64,000 bases of DNA, from positions 79,980,001 through 80,044,000 of the forward strand of contig OX597819.1 of assembly GCA_951406725.2 (NCBI GenBank), written 5' to 3'. The translations under genes were made by a program, and so were the position numbers. The notes under the pieces were generated by a model. That model was not told the origin of the DNA. It saw only the letters and a program-made list of their open reading frames with translations, and did no database searches. The first letter of the stretch is position 1. Each line of letters opens with the position of its first letter. Shown here one piece after another: positions 13,500 to 28,839 of the stretch. This stretch comes from Octopus vulgaris. Its lineage: Eukaryota.

Positions 13500-14450
13500 A
13501 AATAGCAGATCTTGTATGCTTGCATATTCACATTTATATGATAATATTTCCTGATCTTTTATTGATTCACTGCAATGAGATATCGGGTCAATCAAAGAAC
13601 AGGATAATACTGTCAACTGTCTGAACTTGCATCAGCTGACAGTCATGTGGTGAGATGACAAGGGGATTACAATAGTTTTTGTCGTTTATAGATCTCCAAT
13701 TGTATAACTTGTTTTATAAAAGAGCCAGACTTTTGACATCAGTACATGTTAAAGAGGATAGCTTTAAAGAAATGCTTGAGTTTTTCTCCAGCCATTGTCT
13801 TCTCTTTTAGTTATACATTTAGTCTCTGTCTAATAGTTATCTTGTTACAAACAGACTAGTTTGAAGAACTTAATGGGTTTTTAACATCAATAACTGTTAT
13901 AGGAGGGGTTAATAACCTCAGGCATAGAGTATCTGTGCCACTCCAATGCTATAAGAAGTAAAATTTAAATATGGTTATATTTCCTAATATTATTTTAGAT
14001 AAAGATAATGAGAAGTTATTATATTCTTTCTTTTTGCATGAATATTAGTAATCAGTATGCTATATATCTACTTAAACTGATAATCATATAGGCTCACGTC
14101 TTCGAATCATTATGAGTTTATCTCTTTCAGTACATATCTCTGCAATAAGGAAAATAGGGATATATTCTCTGATGAAATATTCATAAAAAGCGTGGGGTTT
14201 TCATCAATATATGATTTGATACAGGGCACTAGGTATGTAGTCTACGTGTGATAATAATTTCATCAAACATGCAGGATGATGATGCTGTGACGGGGAAAAA
14301 TTTCGAATTCACCAGAACAAAAAATGAGAACTTAAGGAATGTCATAAAATATTACAATTAATTTTGTCTGAGATTTGACTGACTTTTGTCACTAAACTAG
14401 TATTGGCAGTAATAATTTCCTTCATAATACCACTAAAAAAAGGGAATTAT
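13500..14450 (+). mobile_element. Possible highly decayed APE-type LINE remnant
   Basis: Only an 'IVFVVYRSP' APE-like motif (~13670-13698) in a microsatellite-free block with many stops. Confidence 0.25.
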
Positions 14451-14500
14451 TTTTTACTATAACTGTACCAATAATAGTTGTCTGATTATCACAACACATA

Positions 14501-14602
14501 GTACACCTGATTACTTGAATAAACAAAAGTTTTAAATACACATCATAATTACGTAATTATGGAATTAATAATGTTTATCCTAATGAAACAGCTGTTGTGC
14601 AC
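14501..14602 (+). ncRNA. Degenerate long-stem-II hammerhead motif
   Basis: guacac-CUGAUUA-[auaaaca...cauaauuacguaauuaug...uguuuau]-GAA-ACAGCUGU-U-gugcac. G8 is mutated. Confidence 0.5.
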
Positions 14603-15046
14603 ATTTAATGTATGAACTATATATTTATCCTTTTGTTTTCAATCTAGATATGTTGTTCTATACGATCGTTTTAGCTGATTATATAAATAAATGCAAGCCA
14701 TTTCCATTCGGATTTACTGCAATATAATAAAGTCACAATAAGAGACCAGAACCAGCTGTTGCGTGTCAAGAACCTATAGAAAACAGCTGAAAGCAAGCCT
14801 ACGGCAACTTACAGGAGTGTAGAAGGTAAATTGCTACCAAGCTTACAACATCCGCGTTAAGTTGATTATAAGGATTGACATACAGACACGCACACGCACA
14901 CACACACACTCACACATACATGCGCACACGCACAACTACATACAAACACGTATACTTACATACATACATACATGTTTACACATAAAAGCACACACGTTTG
15001 CATGCATATATGTATATATGTGTGTATGTATGTATGCATGTATGAA

Positions 15047-15200
<154 letters not shown>

Positions 15201-15202
15201 AT

Positions 15203-15464
15203 AACAAGAGCACTCAGAGATCGCTAACCTTCGCCAAGGCAAACCAGTCTGTGCCAGACACGAGGCCAAACATCCCTGAAAGTTAGATCCGAATCCATCT
15301 AGCGGTTCTTGAAATATCTTTCCACGGACAAACAAATAAATACAACTGAAAGCAATACACCCGCCTGTTGTAAACTTATCAGACAGGTAGTCATGAAGGG
15401 TATACTGGGGCTAGTATGTTTCTTCCCCAGTGTCACTTCGATGGCATGCGCTGCTCTCTCTCAA

Positions 15465-15465
<1 letters not shown>
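15203..15465 (+). mobile_element. Short Helentron/HINE-like non-autonomous repeat
   Basis: Starts 'aacaagagcactcagaga..gc.aacct.cgccaagg' and contains a 'ggacaaacaaa' tract, as in HINE-type elements. Recognition by eye only. Confidence 0.4.
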
Positions 15466-16968
<1,503 letters not shown>

Positions 16969-17201
16969 TACAAGAGAGATACACCGGGGGACGTTTAAGA
17001 TGTAAGAACGATAAAACAGAGCTCCAAAATCTATCCACAAACATCGAAAGCAAGGACATCGTATGGAGCCAAAGATTTACTAACAAAGGATTGGAATGTA
17101 TCCGAGTAAGTAATACTCATTGAAATTTATTACTATTTTCGAAACGAAATGATGTATTTTGACTCGATATCATCTCCACCTCTAACACAACACATGTAAA
17201 C

Positions 17202-20200
17202 ATGCGTGATACATTACGATCCATCAACACCAGATCATCCCCAACCCCAAACACCATGTACAAAGGAACTACGAAGAAATTAAATACCAACGATATTATT
17301 CAACCCAAGAATAACAATCGGGAGGTACGTAATTTAAACTTACAACACAAAATGTACGAAAAACTACACGTGCAAAACAATGTGACAACAGAAATGAACG
17401 GACCGGTACCCTACGAAAATGACGACCGTCAAAATAATGGGCCGGACGTTGTTCCTCATGTCCCGCAAATAAAACCCAAAAAACATAAATGGACACGTGA
17501 GGAATACATTTCTATCCTACACGCATACTTCACAGCAGTGCTCTACCCAAAAAATAAAATCACAACAACACATACATATAAAATATGGAAGGAAAATAAC
17601 ATAAATATAGACTTGAATACATCAATGGACACTAATAAACTAGCTAACGTACGAAGGTACATTCTCAACGCAAAAAAATATCAGAAATAGAAATAGAGCA
17701 TCTAACAGAAAAAATACACCAGGAAAATGTAGATAGAAGCCACAAAACAATGCCCAATAATATAAACACTGAAACAGTAAAACACGAAGACAAACGTAAC
17801 ATTCCCAACAAATACGATGTAAACAAAAAACAACAAACCCAGACCGTAAGGATGCATAATAATACACGACAAACAGCAAGCCAAAACACGGCAAACAAAC
17901 ATATAAATAAGAAAGAAAGCGACACAAATCTAAAACCTGGAAACAACGAAGGGGAGCCTAATGATTATGATAATATAAAAAGTAAAATAATCAAAGAACT
18001 GAAAACCACAGAGCTCAAAATGGACCACCGACCATACCTCCCAAAAATCAAAATAGACAAAACAACAACACCAATTATAAACAGCATAAACCTAGCCGTC
18101 ACGGAACTAATAGCCACTGAACAAAAAGCGATATCACTGAGCTAAATGACTTTAGTATACGCAGCAGCCACTGCAGCCACAAAAGAAGCTGGATACTCAC
18201 TCAAACCAATCCAAACAGGAGTACCACCACCCAAACAAACCCTGTGGGTAAATAACATCCAAAACAAAATACAAAAAATGAGAAAAGATCTGTCGATTCT
18301 TAATGAAATCAGTAGACAATCAACACTACTGAGCAACAAAAAGAAAACAAAAATACTCCGCAAATATAACATCACAGAAAAAGATTTACTTGAGATAAAA
18401 GAAAAGCTGAAGCAAGATATCCTTGCCAAAGCACAAAGGATTCGCCGGTACGAGAAACGCCAGTGCTTCTTTGAACAAAACAAAAAGTTCAACTCCAACC
18501 CCAAAAAGTTCTACCAAGAACTTGGCAAAAATAAAATAGAAATCACTCCCGCACCAACGGCAGAAGAAATGGAAGAATTCTGGAGAGAAATATGGTCGGC
18601 GAACGAACAACCAAAAAAAAAGGAGTATCAAAACAACAAACTCGGCATCTGAGCAACTTTGGACCCCCATAACAACTGAAGAGGTCACCCAGGCACTGCA
18701 AAGACTAAGCAACTGGAAGGCACCTGGGCATGACAAGATCCCCAACTTCTGGTTGAAATATCTAACAGGAATGCACAAAAAGCTGGCTGAAAAATTTAAC
18801 AACATACTAGCAGAGCCAGAGACAATGCCCGAATGGCTCACGAAGGGGAAAACCATCTTAATTCCCAAATCAAATGAGACAGCAAAACCAGAAAACTACA
18901 GACAAATAACCTGTCTCCCTACATGTACAAGGCATTTACTGCAGTGATATCGTAAAGGTTGAACAAGCACCTGGACGAAAACCTGTTTCCAGAAGAGCAG
19001 AAAGATGCCGCAAAGGCTCATATGGCTGTAAAGATCAACTAATGATTAATAAAGCCATAACTGAAGACAGCCACAGAAAGAAGAAAGGCCTCAGTATGGC
19101 CTGGATCGACTACAAAAAGGCGTTTGATAGCATTCCCCACACATGGATCCTCGAAACACTAGCCATTAACAAAGTAGCACCAACAATTATAAAATTCATA
19201 GGGCACTCTATGAATAAATGGCAAACAGTGCTACAGCTCCAAACAAAAGAGGGACTCATGAAAACCAAAGCCATCCCCATTAGAAGAGGAATATTCCAGG
19301 GAGACACGCTCTCTCCACTCCTTTTCTGCTTGGCACTGTCACCTCTATCTGATATGCTAAATAGAACTGGATGCGGATATAAATGTTACGGCAAAACGAT
19401 CAGCCACCTTTTATATATGGATGACCTAAAACTATACGCTGCAAATGACAAACAGCTGGAAACACTATTAAAGACAGTTCATGGGTTTACCAAAGAAATA
19501 GATATGAAATTTGAATATGAAAAATGCGCCAAAGTAACCATGAAAAGAGGAAAACTAGTTAAGAGTAGCAACATCACACTAGATAAAACCAATGAAATGA
19601 AAGAATTAGACCAAAGCCAAACTTACAAATACTTAGGAATCCATGAACTAGATAAGACACAACACACACAAATGAAAGGGAAAATAAAAAAAGAATATTA
19701 TAGACGAAGTAGATCAATACTAAAATCAGAGCTCAATGCTAAAAACAAGATGATAGGTATTAACACTTTAGCTGTCCCAGTTACACTAAATGAACTGACC
19801 AAAATAGATAGGAAAACAAGAAAAATAATGACAGGATCTGGGATGCATCACTCAAAATCTGACATAGAAAGACTATATATACAACGTATAGAAGGTGGTA
19901 GAGGCCTTATACAGCTGGAAAACTACTATAAAATAACCACCATAGGACTGCAAAAATATCTACTTCAGAAGGAAGGAAAACTGATACAAATAGCGACAAA
20001 ACACAAGCAAAACAAAAAACTGTTCCCAGTATTTAAGGAAGCTGACAAATACAAACAAGAAATCATACCACCTAATAAATATGAAGAACAAGAAGAAGAA
20101 GATGAAGAAACAACAAAAGCTATAAAACAAATGAAATCCAAACTAAAAATAGAACAGCAGCGAACCATGATAAAACGATGGCAAGAAAAGCCCCTTCACG

Positions 20201-20946
20201 ATAAATACTGGACTAAACTAAACGCAAAAGAAATAGACAAAGAAAAATCCCAGCAATGGTTGAGAAGCTCAGGATTCAAAGCAGAGACAGAGGGATTTTT
20301 AATTGCAGCACAAGACCAAAGCCTCCCCACCAGAAATTACCAAAAAAATGTAATGAAAAGAAATATAACAAGTAACTGCAGAATATGTGGAGATGGACAA
20401 GAAACAATAAATCATATTATCTCTGGCTGCCCAGTCCTGGCTAAGAAGGATTATATTCACAGACATGACAGAGTTGGAACCTACATACACTGGAAGCTAT
20501 GCCAACATTATGGAATAACAACAGAAAAAAGATGGTATAGGCACACACCAGAAAAGGTCACAGAAAACGAGAAAGCAACCATACTCTGGGGTATGCCGAA
20601 ACACACAGATAGAGAAATTAAGGCCAACAGACCAGATATAGTTGTCAGAGATCATGAAGAAAAAAAATGCTTTCTAATTCATGTATCAATACCGGCAGAT
20701 GACAACGTGTCTCTAAAAGAAACGGAGAAACTTTCAAAATACAAAGACCTGGAAATAGAGGTAACCAGAATGTGGAATCTAAAAACAGAAACAATTCCTA
20801 TCATAGTAGGTGCATTAGGCATGATAAAAAAATATTCAGACAAATGCATAACAAAAACACCAGGACTTACAAACACATATAACATACAGAAAATTGCACT
20901 ACTAGGCACTGCACACATCCTACGCAGAACACTTTCCATACAATAA
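17202..20946 (+). pseudogene. Disrupted retrotransposon polyprotein ORF
   Basis: Consecutive fragments 17202-17690, 17750-18145, 18146-18652, ~18650-18950 (NWKAPGHDKI, ENYRQITCLP) and 19042-20946, broken by frameshifts and stops. Confidence 0.88.
19042..20946 (+). CDS. Reverse transcriptase + CCHC + RLE endonuclease (open C-terminal 634 aa of the disrupted ORF)
   Basis: WIDYKKAFDS, RRGIFQGDTLSPLLF, HLLYMDD (YMDD at 19414-19425), YKYLG, GGRGL, CRIC...H...C, RHD, RPDIVV, KLSKY. The expected second catalytic Asp reads His (IHVSIP). Confidence 0.9.
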   Translation: MINKAITEDSHRKKKGLSMAWIDYKKAFDSIPHTWILETLAINKVAPTIIKFIGHSMNKWQTVLQLQTKEGLMKTKAIPIRRGIFQGDTLSPLLFCLALSPLSDMLNRTGCGYKCYGKTISHLLYMDDLKLYAANDKQLETLLKTVHGFTKEIDMKFEYEKCAKVTMKRGKLVKSSNITLDKTNEMKELDQSQTYKYLGIHELDKTQHTQMKGKIKKEYYRRSRSILKSELNAKNKMIGINTLAVPVTLNELTKIDRKTRKIMTGSGMHHSKSDIERLYIQRIEGGRGLIQLENYYKITTIGLQKYLLQKEGKLIQIATKHKQNKKLFPVFKEADKYKQEIIPPNKYEEQEEEDEETTKAIKQMKSKLKIEQQRTMIKRWQEKPLHDKYWTKLNAKEIDKEKSQQWLRSSGFKAETEGFLIAAQDQSLPTRNYQKNVMKRNITSNCRICGDGQETINHIISGCPVLAKKDYIHRHDRVGTYIHWKLCQHYGITTEKRWYRHTPEKVTENEKATILWGMPKHTDREIKANRPDIVVRDHEEKKCFLIHVSIPADDNVSLKETEKLSKYKDLEIEVTRMWNLKTETIPIIVGALGMIKKYSDKCITKTPGLTNTYNIQKIALLGTAHILRRTLSIQ

Positions 20947-21040
20947 CCATCAGAGCATCACAACAAATCACAGCACATACCTAAGGCACACAGAGCTGCG
21001 CTCGGTAGTGAAGTGAAAGCACGCTATAAAAATAAAACTA

Positions 21041-21376
<336 letters not shown>

Positions 21377-21381
21377 TAATG

Positions 21382-21452
<71 letters not shown>

Positions 21453-21602
21453 CTGTGTGGTAAGTAGCTTGCTTACCATCCACATGGTTCCAGGTTCAGT
21501 TCCACTGTGTGGCACCTTGGGCATGTGTCTTCTACTATAACCTCGGGATGACCGAAGCCTTGAGAGTGGATTTGGTAGACGGAAACTGAGAGAAGCCTGT
21601 CG

Positions 21603-21699
<97 letters not shown>

Positions 21700-21892
21700 T
21701 TTGTCTCCCCCACCATCGTTTGACAACCGATGTTGGTGGGTTTACGTCCCCGTAACTTAGCGGTTCGGCAATTGTGACCGATATAATAAGTACAAGGTAT
21801 TAGGCTTACAAAGAGTAAGTTCTGGGATCGTTTTGTTCGACTAAAGTCGGTGCTGCTTCAGCATGGTCGCAGTCTATTGACTGAAGCAAATA
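21453..21892 (+). mobile_element. SINE family A copy (5' clipped)
   Basis: Matches the family consensus, with internal (TA)n(TG)n. Confidence 0.85.
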
Positions 21893-22414
21893 GAACACAA
21901 TGAGTTACATGGAGCTTCAGACATTCATTAACTGTCACATTTTCATTTGAAACAGCTACTCTTCAAAGTATATCGTATACATAGTATATACAGACTATTT
22001 AATTGTTCACGTGGGTGATGGCTAGATGAATATGGGTTTCTCGTTATATAATCAATAGTCGATATTATATCATTGCTTTCTTCAATGTCTTCAATCATAT
22101 TTTATGATTTGTCATCCATACGTTACTGAAACAATTGTTAACTTTGGAATATTATATAATGACGTTGACACACACGTATATACATACATAAAGATATATG
22201 CACACGTATATATATGGATTTATGCGCACTCTCACATTCACACATTCACACATATACACACACAGGTATAATGTAATGATATTTACGAATATGTTTATAA
22301 TATGTATAGCCTATACATAGCGGTGCCCCAGCAAATGGCGGTGCCCCAGCAAATGGTATTGTCCCAGCATGGCCACAGCTCGTGAGCTGAAACTAGATAA
22401 AATAAAATAAAAAA

Positions 22415-22454
<40 letters not shown>

Positions 22455-23355
22455 ACATATGTCTTAGAGTGTGGAGTTTCGTATATATATTTCTTTTAGT
22501 ATCTATTTCGTTTTTGGATTTGGTTTGCAAGATTCTATATTTATATTATTCCCAGTATGTTTAGACGTTTAACTATACACACTCATACACACACTCGCAC
22601 AAGCACGCGCAGACACAAGCACATACATGCAAAGCCACAACATGCACAAACACACACACACACACACACACATACATAAACACAAACACACACACACACA
22701 CAGAAGCGCACATACACATATCAATAGAAGCTGTGTTCAGATACCTGTGAAATATGTCAGTCTCATTCGTCACAAGCTCACCTTTTACAATCCATTTCTT
22801 TCTGACACAAAACTCATTACTCTCTTTCATTTCACATAATGTATTTCCTTTTCTCTTTCACATTCTCCTTATTTATCATCTATTTTCTCCCATCGTTTCA
22901 GACACCCCATCTCCACCAAATCGCCGCATTTACAATCCCCATTATATTTTATCCCCCCCAAAAAAACCCCAAATCTTTTGTCTGTTCTTCTTTTTGTTTA
23001 TCTGTGTGCTCTCCATTTTCTTTTATTTCTTGTTGCTTTTTATGATTTCTTATTCCTCACTTCTCTATGTGTGGCTGTTATATCTTCTGCTATTATTATC
23101 CTCGTTGATGTTCTGATAATCGTATCGTTGTTTTGTTGATTTTTGCACTGCTTTAGTTGTCGCTGTACTCGTTGTTGTTACTATGTTGATGTGTGATGTA
23201 AGCAGAACGGATAGGTCCTGTTTCTATGTACAATAATAACACCTCTGACAGCCTGAATATTTAAACATGATAGGATGGGCAGTTAACCAATGTTTCTGCT
23301 ACCATAACAACTTCATGGTGGTGGTGGTGGTGGTAGTGTTCGTGATATATATATA

Positions 23356-23728
23356 GGGGTAGAGTGCTGTGTGGTAAGGTTCCAGGTTCAGTCCTACTGC
23401 GTGGCACTTTGGGCAAGTGTCTTCTACTATAGCCTCGGGCCGACCAAATCCTTGTGAGTGGATTTGGTAGACAGAAACTGAAAGAAGCCCGTCGTATATA
23501 TGTATATGTATATATGTATGTGTGTGTCTGTGTTTGTCCCCCAACATCGCTTGACGACCGATGCTGGTGTGTTTACGTCCCCGTAACTTAGCGGTTCGGC
23601 AAAAAGAGACCGATAGAATAGTACTAGGTTTACAAAGAATAAGTCCTAGCGTCGATGTACTCGACTAAATGCGGTGCTCCAGCATGGCCACAGTCAAATG
23701 ACTGAAACAAATAAAACAAGTAAAACAG
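23356..23728 (+). mobile_element. SINE family A copy
   Basis: Matches the family consensus, with a small deletion in the head. Confidence 0.85.
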
Positions 23729-23946
23729 TATATATATAATGAATGTATGTATGTATGATAAAAATACAAATGGGTTATATATTTACTACAGCTGTTTCAG
23801 AAGCATTTATACATATAAGTGTGTGTTTGTGTATGCATACATAGACACATATACACCCACACAAAGACATATTTCTCTATATCTATATCTGTCAGTCTAT
23901 CTATCAACCTAACTCTCAGTCAATCAATCAATCAATCAATCAATCA

Positions 23947-24004
<58 letters not shown>

Positions 24005-24608
24005 ACATACATAAATATGCATGTGTGTAAATATATTCGTGCGTGTGCATACACGAACACATGTTTAATACTGGTACGTATACGGACACACACATACATA
24101 CATTTAGTATTTGTTATACCACCTTTTATCCATTCAATTATCTCGGCTAATATGTAGATAGCATGCACACACACACACACACACGCACACACATATATAC
24201 ACACATGCATATAGACATATACATATAACAGTATATGTGTACATACACACACGTAGGGATATGTCTTTAATACGCATAGACATGTACATTTATATATATA
24301 TCTATGGTGTGTGTGTGTGTGAGTGTGTATGTGTGTTGACGTATGCGTCAAATATAGATAAATTTGTACACATATGCGTATGCATATTTTGTGCATATAC
24401 ATATACTTACACACAAATACACACACAACTCACGGACAGCTCTACGTCGATGAGTGACAGCGGACACGTCAAGAGATTTGCGAGATAACTGTGGAATTGA
24501 GAAAAATTAGCAGACAATACCACCCGTTTTTTTATAAGACAAGGATGCGTAAGGTTGATTTTGGTTGGGTGGTAGGCATTGCTGGTGATAAGAAACAGAG
24601 GGGAGAGA

Positions 24609-24640
<32 letters not shown>

Positions 24641-25222
24641 AAGTGAACGAGACAGAGAGATGTGAGAGTGAGGGGAAAGAGGATGGAGAGAGAGAGAACC
24701 TGATTTTTCGAGTGTAATACTGGATTGATCGGTGTCAGTGCAATGGACGGTGAAATGAAGACCAGAGGGGGGAGGAGGAGGAGGAGGAGGAGGAACAAAA
24801 AGTGTGATGATAGATTAGTTAAATATGAATAAGTCTTTTATCGGTAGGCAGGTAGGTGTATTCAATGAATATAATAGTGCGTGCATATGTTTGTGTGTGT
24901 GTGTGTGTGTGTGTGTACGCGTGAGTGTCAGTTCTGTCTGATGGTGTGAGCGACACCGTGAGAGGATATCTCTTCATCCACACATACACACACATACACA
25001 CATACACATACGCACGCATACATACACAGATGCATACATTCACATAACATGAATGAAAAAAACAAAATCAAAACTCACACACCTGTACACAAATCAGACG
25101 GAAACTAATCTCGCATTACAGGCATTTTATATATTTAATCATATATCGAGAACACACATACACTCACTCACATATATATACATACATACATACATACACA
25201 GACACTCAGACACAGACACACA

Positions 25223-25282
<60 letters not shown>

Positions 25283-25328
25283 CATATATCTATATATACC
25301 TATATATACATACATATATATATATATA

Positions 25329-26498
25329 CTAGCATTAAAGACCCGTCGTTGCCGGGTCATAATGCTAGTGCATGTATATATGTGTATATATATGTGTACA
25401 TATTACATGTACATCTATATATATATATATCTACACATAAAATACAAAATACAAAGTTATATCTTGATATCGCTAGTAATAAACAATACTCAAAATATAT
25501 AACAGACTGGAATTGTTAGCCCGTCTCTTGTAATTTCGATCAATTGTATCTTGTCCTCCCTCTTGTATAGAAGTGTGGCTACAATCCAGCCTACCTCTAT
25601 ATCGGGGTGGGGGCATTAAAATTTTTTTCCGGGACGTCCTACCTCCCAGATATAAAGGTAAAAATAAAATATTTCCACTTTGCAAGTTCGAGTCGAGTAC
25701 TCCCTTGCACGCTTCGTTGACTTGAACCTTGCTTCTATTGTGGCGAATTTACCGCCTCTGATTAGATACCTTTCATAGTCGCACCAAGACACTTTTCGAA
25801 GGTGCTTTCTTCTGGGTGTTCAAATCTTTTTTCTCTACATTGTATACGTTATAGACAATAGACTTTTCTTTTGTTTAATTTTTTATTATCCATCTGGTCT
25901 ATTCCATTTCTGCACGCTAATTTTATTTTTAATTTATTCCCATTCATGTGAAACCACTTATTCAAGTTCAAATCATTGATGCAATTTTATACCAATTGCT
26001 ATTTTTACTTTTGACATGTTACTTTAGTTTGATTTTAATTATAACTTAATACATATAATTCAATTGTTATTATTATATTCATTGTTAAAGTGAAAGTATC
26101 TGACATAAAATAGAGAAACGTTTTTGTTTCACTTTTAACACGTAATACTGAAATAGTGGAGAAGATATGATATTGCTATGTCCTCGCTCTAGGCAAGAAT
26201 TTGAACATTTTTTTGCCCATGAAACTACATGGACCCTAAGTAAGACATGTGTAAATTTTGAATGGAATTAGTTGTGTAGTTCTCAAGTTTTAGGGAATTG
26301 TAGTGGAGAAGATATGATATTGCTGTGGGCTCGCCCTAGGCAAAAAGTTAATTTTTGCCGATGACACTCCCCCGACCCTAAGTAAGGCATGTGTAAAATT
26401 TGAATGAAATTGGTTGTGTAGTTCTCAAGTTTTAGGGAAACACACAGACAGACAGACAGACAGACCGACACACATTCTCAGTTTTATATATATAAAGA
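25329..26498 (-). mobile_element. Non-autonomous Helitron
   Basis: Minus strand begins A|TCTTTATATATATAAAAC..., then (GTCT)n, two ~145-bp tandem core repeats (~26153-26297 and ~26301-26438), and ends hairpin + CTAG|T at 25329. AT insertion site with no TSD. Confidence 0.8.
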
Positions 26499-26533
26499 TA
26501 TATATATATATATAATTATATGTATATATATAC

Positions 26534-26566
<33 letters not shown>

Positions 26567-26576
26567 TGTATGTATG

Positions 26577-26657
<81 letters not shown>

Positions 26658-26666
26658 ATACACAGA

Positions 26667-26883
26667 TGAGGGAGTGTTGAAAAGGCTTTGATTTTCGGTA
26701 AAAGAAAATACAGGAGGATCAGTTAAATATGATTTTATTCAACATATTCCCCTCTCAGATTCATGCGCTCATTGTAGCGGTCCTACAGTGTTTTTAAGCC
26801 CTGTACAAGACCTCGTAAGTTTGAACCTCTAACCAGGCCTTTTGTGACAACCCTAAAGCCAGGAACATCTTAGCACCTCGTCA
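26667..26883 (-). mobile_element. Mariner-derived MITE, second copy of the 9280-9500 family
   Basis: 'gattttattcaacatattcc', 'aagccctgta' and 'ccaggc.tttt' are reverse complements of the 9.3-kb copy; eroded TIRs. Confidence 0.7.
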
Positions 26884-27443
26884 CGGGTGTGTATGTGTGT
26901 GTGTATTCCTTTATTCTTTTATTTGTTTCAGTCACTTGACTTCGACCATGCTGGAGCATCGCCTTTAGTCAAACAAGTCGACCAATAGCACTTATTCTTA
27001 GTAAGCCTAGTAATTACTCTATCGGTGTTATTTGTCGAGGAAAGCGAGTTAACAGAATTTTTTTAAAAAGTTCGTTATTTCTATATTGAATCAATTTCTG
27101 GATTAATCCTATGGATTTCCCCTCTTCAGTAGAAAATACGATAAGAAATAAATGAAATACTTACACGGAGCCATGGAAAAAAAACAAAAGCAAGAATCAT
27201 GAGTACGCATAAGTACCTCAGTTATATCTAAATGTACAATCCTTTAGCCAGCCTCAGCACACGTGTGCGCTGTTCTGAACCACTTTTGATGAAATTTCTT
27301 CTGAAAAAAATGTTATCCTATATTAGTAGTAGATTTATTACCATTCACTTAGGGACTGGTAACCCCTATAAGTTGTAGTTATATATATATATAATATTGG
27401 GTAACATACATTTATTTATTATAGGCTTACAACTTATTATTTG

Positions 27444-27624
27444 CAATTTTTCCAATTTTACTACATTGAGATAAGCAAGTACTTTCATGAGTTACGCGAT
27501 CATCAGGTTTATGTAGTGACAACTGTGTCAGCTATGGAACACGACTATCACTACATAAACCTGATGATTGCGTAACGCATGAAAGTACTTGCTTATCTCT
27601 ATGTAGTAAAATTGGAAAAAGTTG
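27444..27624. repeat. Inverted repeat (~76-bp arms, 28-nt spacer) with a hammerhead motif in each arm
   Basis: 27444-27519 is the reverse complement of 27548-27624 with few mismatches. Confidence 0.9.
27555..27596 (+). ncRNA. Putative minimal type I hammerhead
   Basis: auaaac-CUGAUGA-u-ugcg(uaa)cgca-u-GAA-AGUACU-U-gcuuau. Mirror copy on the minus strand at ~27471-27512. Confidence 0.6.
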
Positions 27625-27646
27625 AAAGTTCATTGATTAATACACA

Positions 27647-27697
<51 letters not shown>

Positions 27698-27788
27698 ACA
27701 CACACACACATACATATACATGCATACATACATTCATACATGCATACATACATACATACATACATACATACATACATACATACATACA

Positions 27789-27821
<33 letters not shown>

Positions 27822-28199
27822 GTACGGGCGCGCCCATGTGTGTGAATATTTCTTCTGTCGTCTACGCAAATGTTATCGAAAAAGCACAACCGAATGACCC
27901 TATCTATCCTTGGCTCCAAGCTAAATATCACTAAACTACTACTTATGATAACCATCAGCAATATGCCACTTTCAACGCCACTGTAACTATTACCACAGAC
28001 ACACCCACACATATGCATATATATACATACAAACAGATATAAAGATAGAACCGGGAAGAGGAAGTGATGCGTGATGCTTAGATAGAGAGATTGATAGACA
28101 GACAGACAAACAGACAGACATGCAGACAGACAGACAGGCAAACAGACAGATAGATAGATAGCTAAATAGATATTTCGAAATTAATATATATGTGCTGCT

Positions 28200-28700
28200 C
28201 TATGCTTATGTTTGTACATCGTGCAAGTAGGCCCTCCTTTTGGGATACGGTATTTTAAACGCAGCTGCATGCTTCTCTTGTTAGTTTGTGGCGTATATTT
28301 GCCAATTTACCGATTTGACCTCGTATATTTATATATTAAATTAGTCGAACATATTCTAATTTATAAGAAGGTTTCCAATGTCCTTGAGTAACTCACAAAA
28401 TATTGTGATCATCAAGATGTTATATATTATCTGTGTTTGGCAGATATGTTTATACTGATCGTTAGTGGTGTCTCTTGTTGACTGACATCGCCTATCGGCT
28501 GATTTTGATGCCACTATTTGTAACAAGACGATGATCAGGCAATCTATAACTGCAGAAACCCTTCAACAGTAACAGGTTCAAACAGAACTGCTTCATGTCC
28601 TTGTCAACTATATTAGAGCCATTTTAATAAGATACTTTAGATTGCGAAATGTTCAAATACTTACACTTTTCAAAAGTGTAAGTATGACAGTAATATCTTA
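28200..28700 (-). mobile_element. Possible decayed CR1/L2-type LINE RT C-terminal remnant
   Basis: Minus-strand 'KLEYV' then 'IGKLANIRHKLTR' resemble the LEY...I.KLE.VQR.ATR region. Confidence 0.3.
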
Positions 28701-28839
28701 ATGTAGCTATAAGAACCTAGTTGCTATAATTCTATCATAGCCAATAAGAATAGAAAGATATCCTATTGAAATGTAAACATGCCAATGAAGAAATGTCAGG
28801 CTTGTGGTTATTTTTGCTACTATTAATGATTTTTTTTGG

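Noticed and set aside
26153-26438. Tandem ~145-bp repeats as a possible CRISPR-like array
   Set aside because: Only two contiguous units with no spacers, inside a eukaryotic Helitron.
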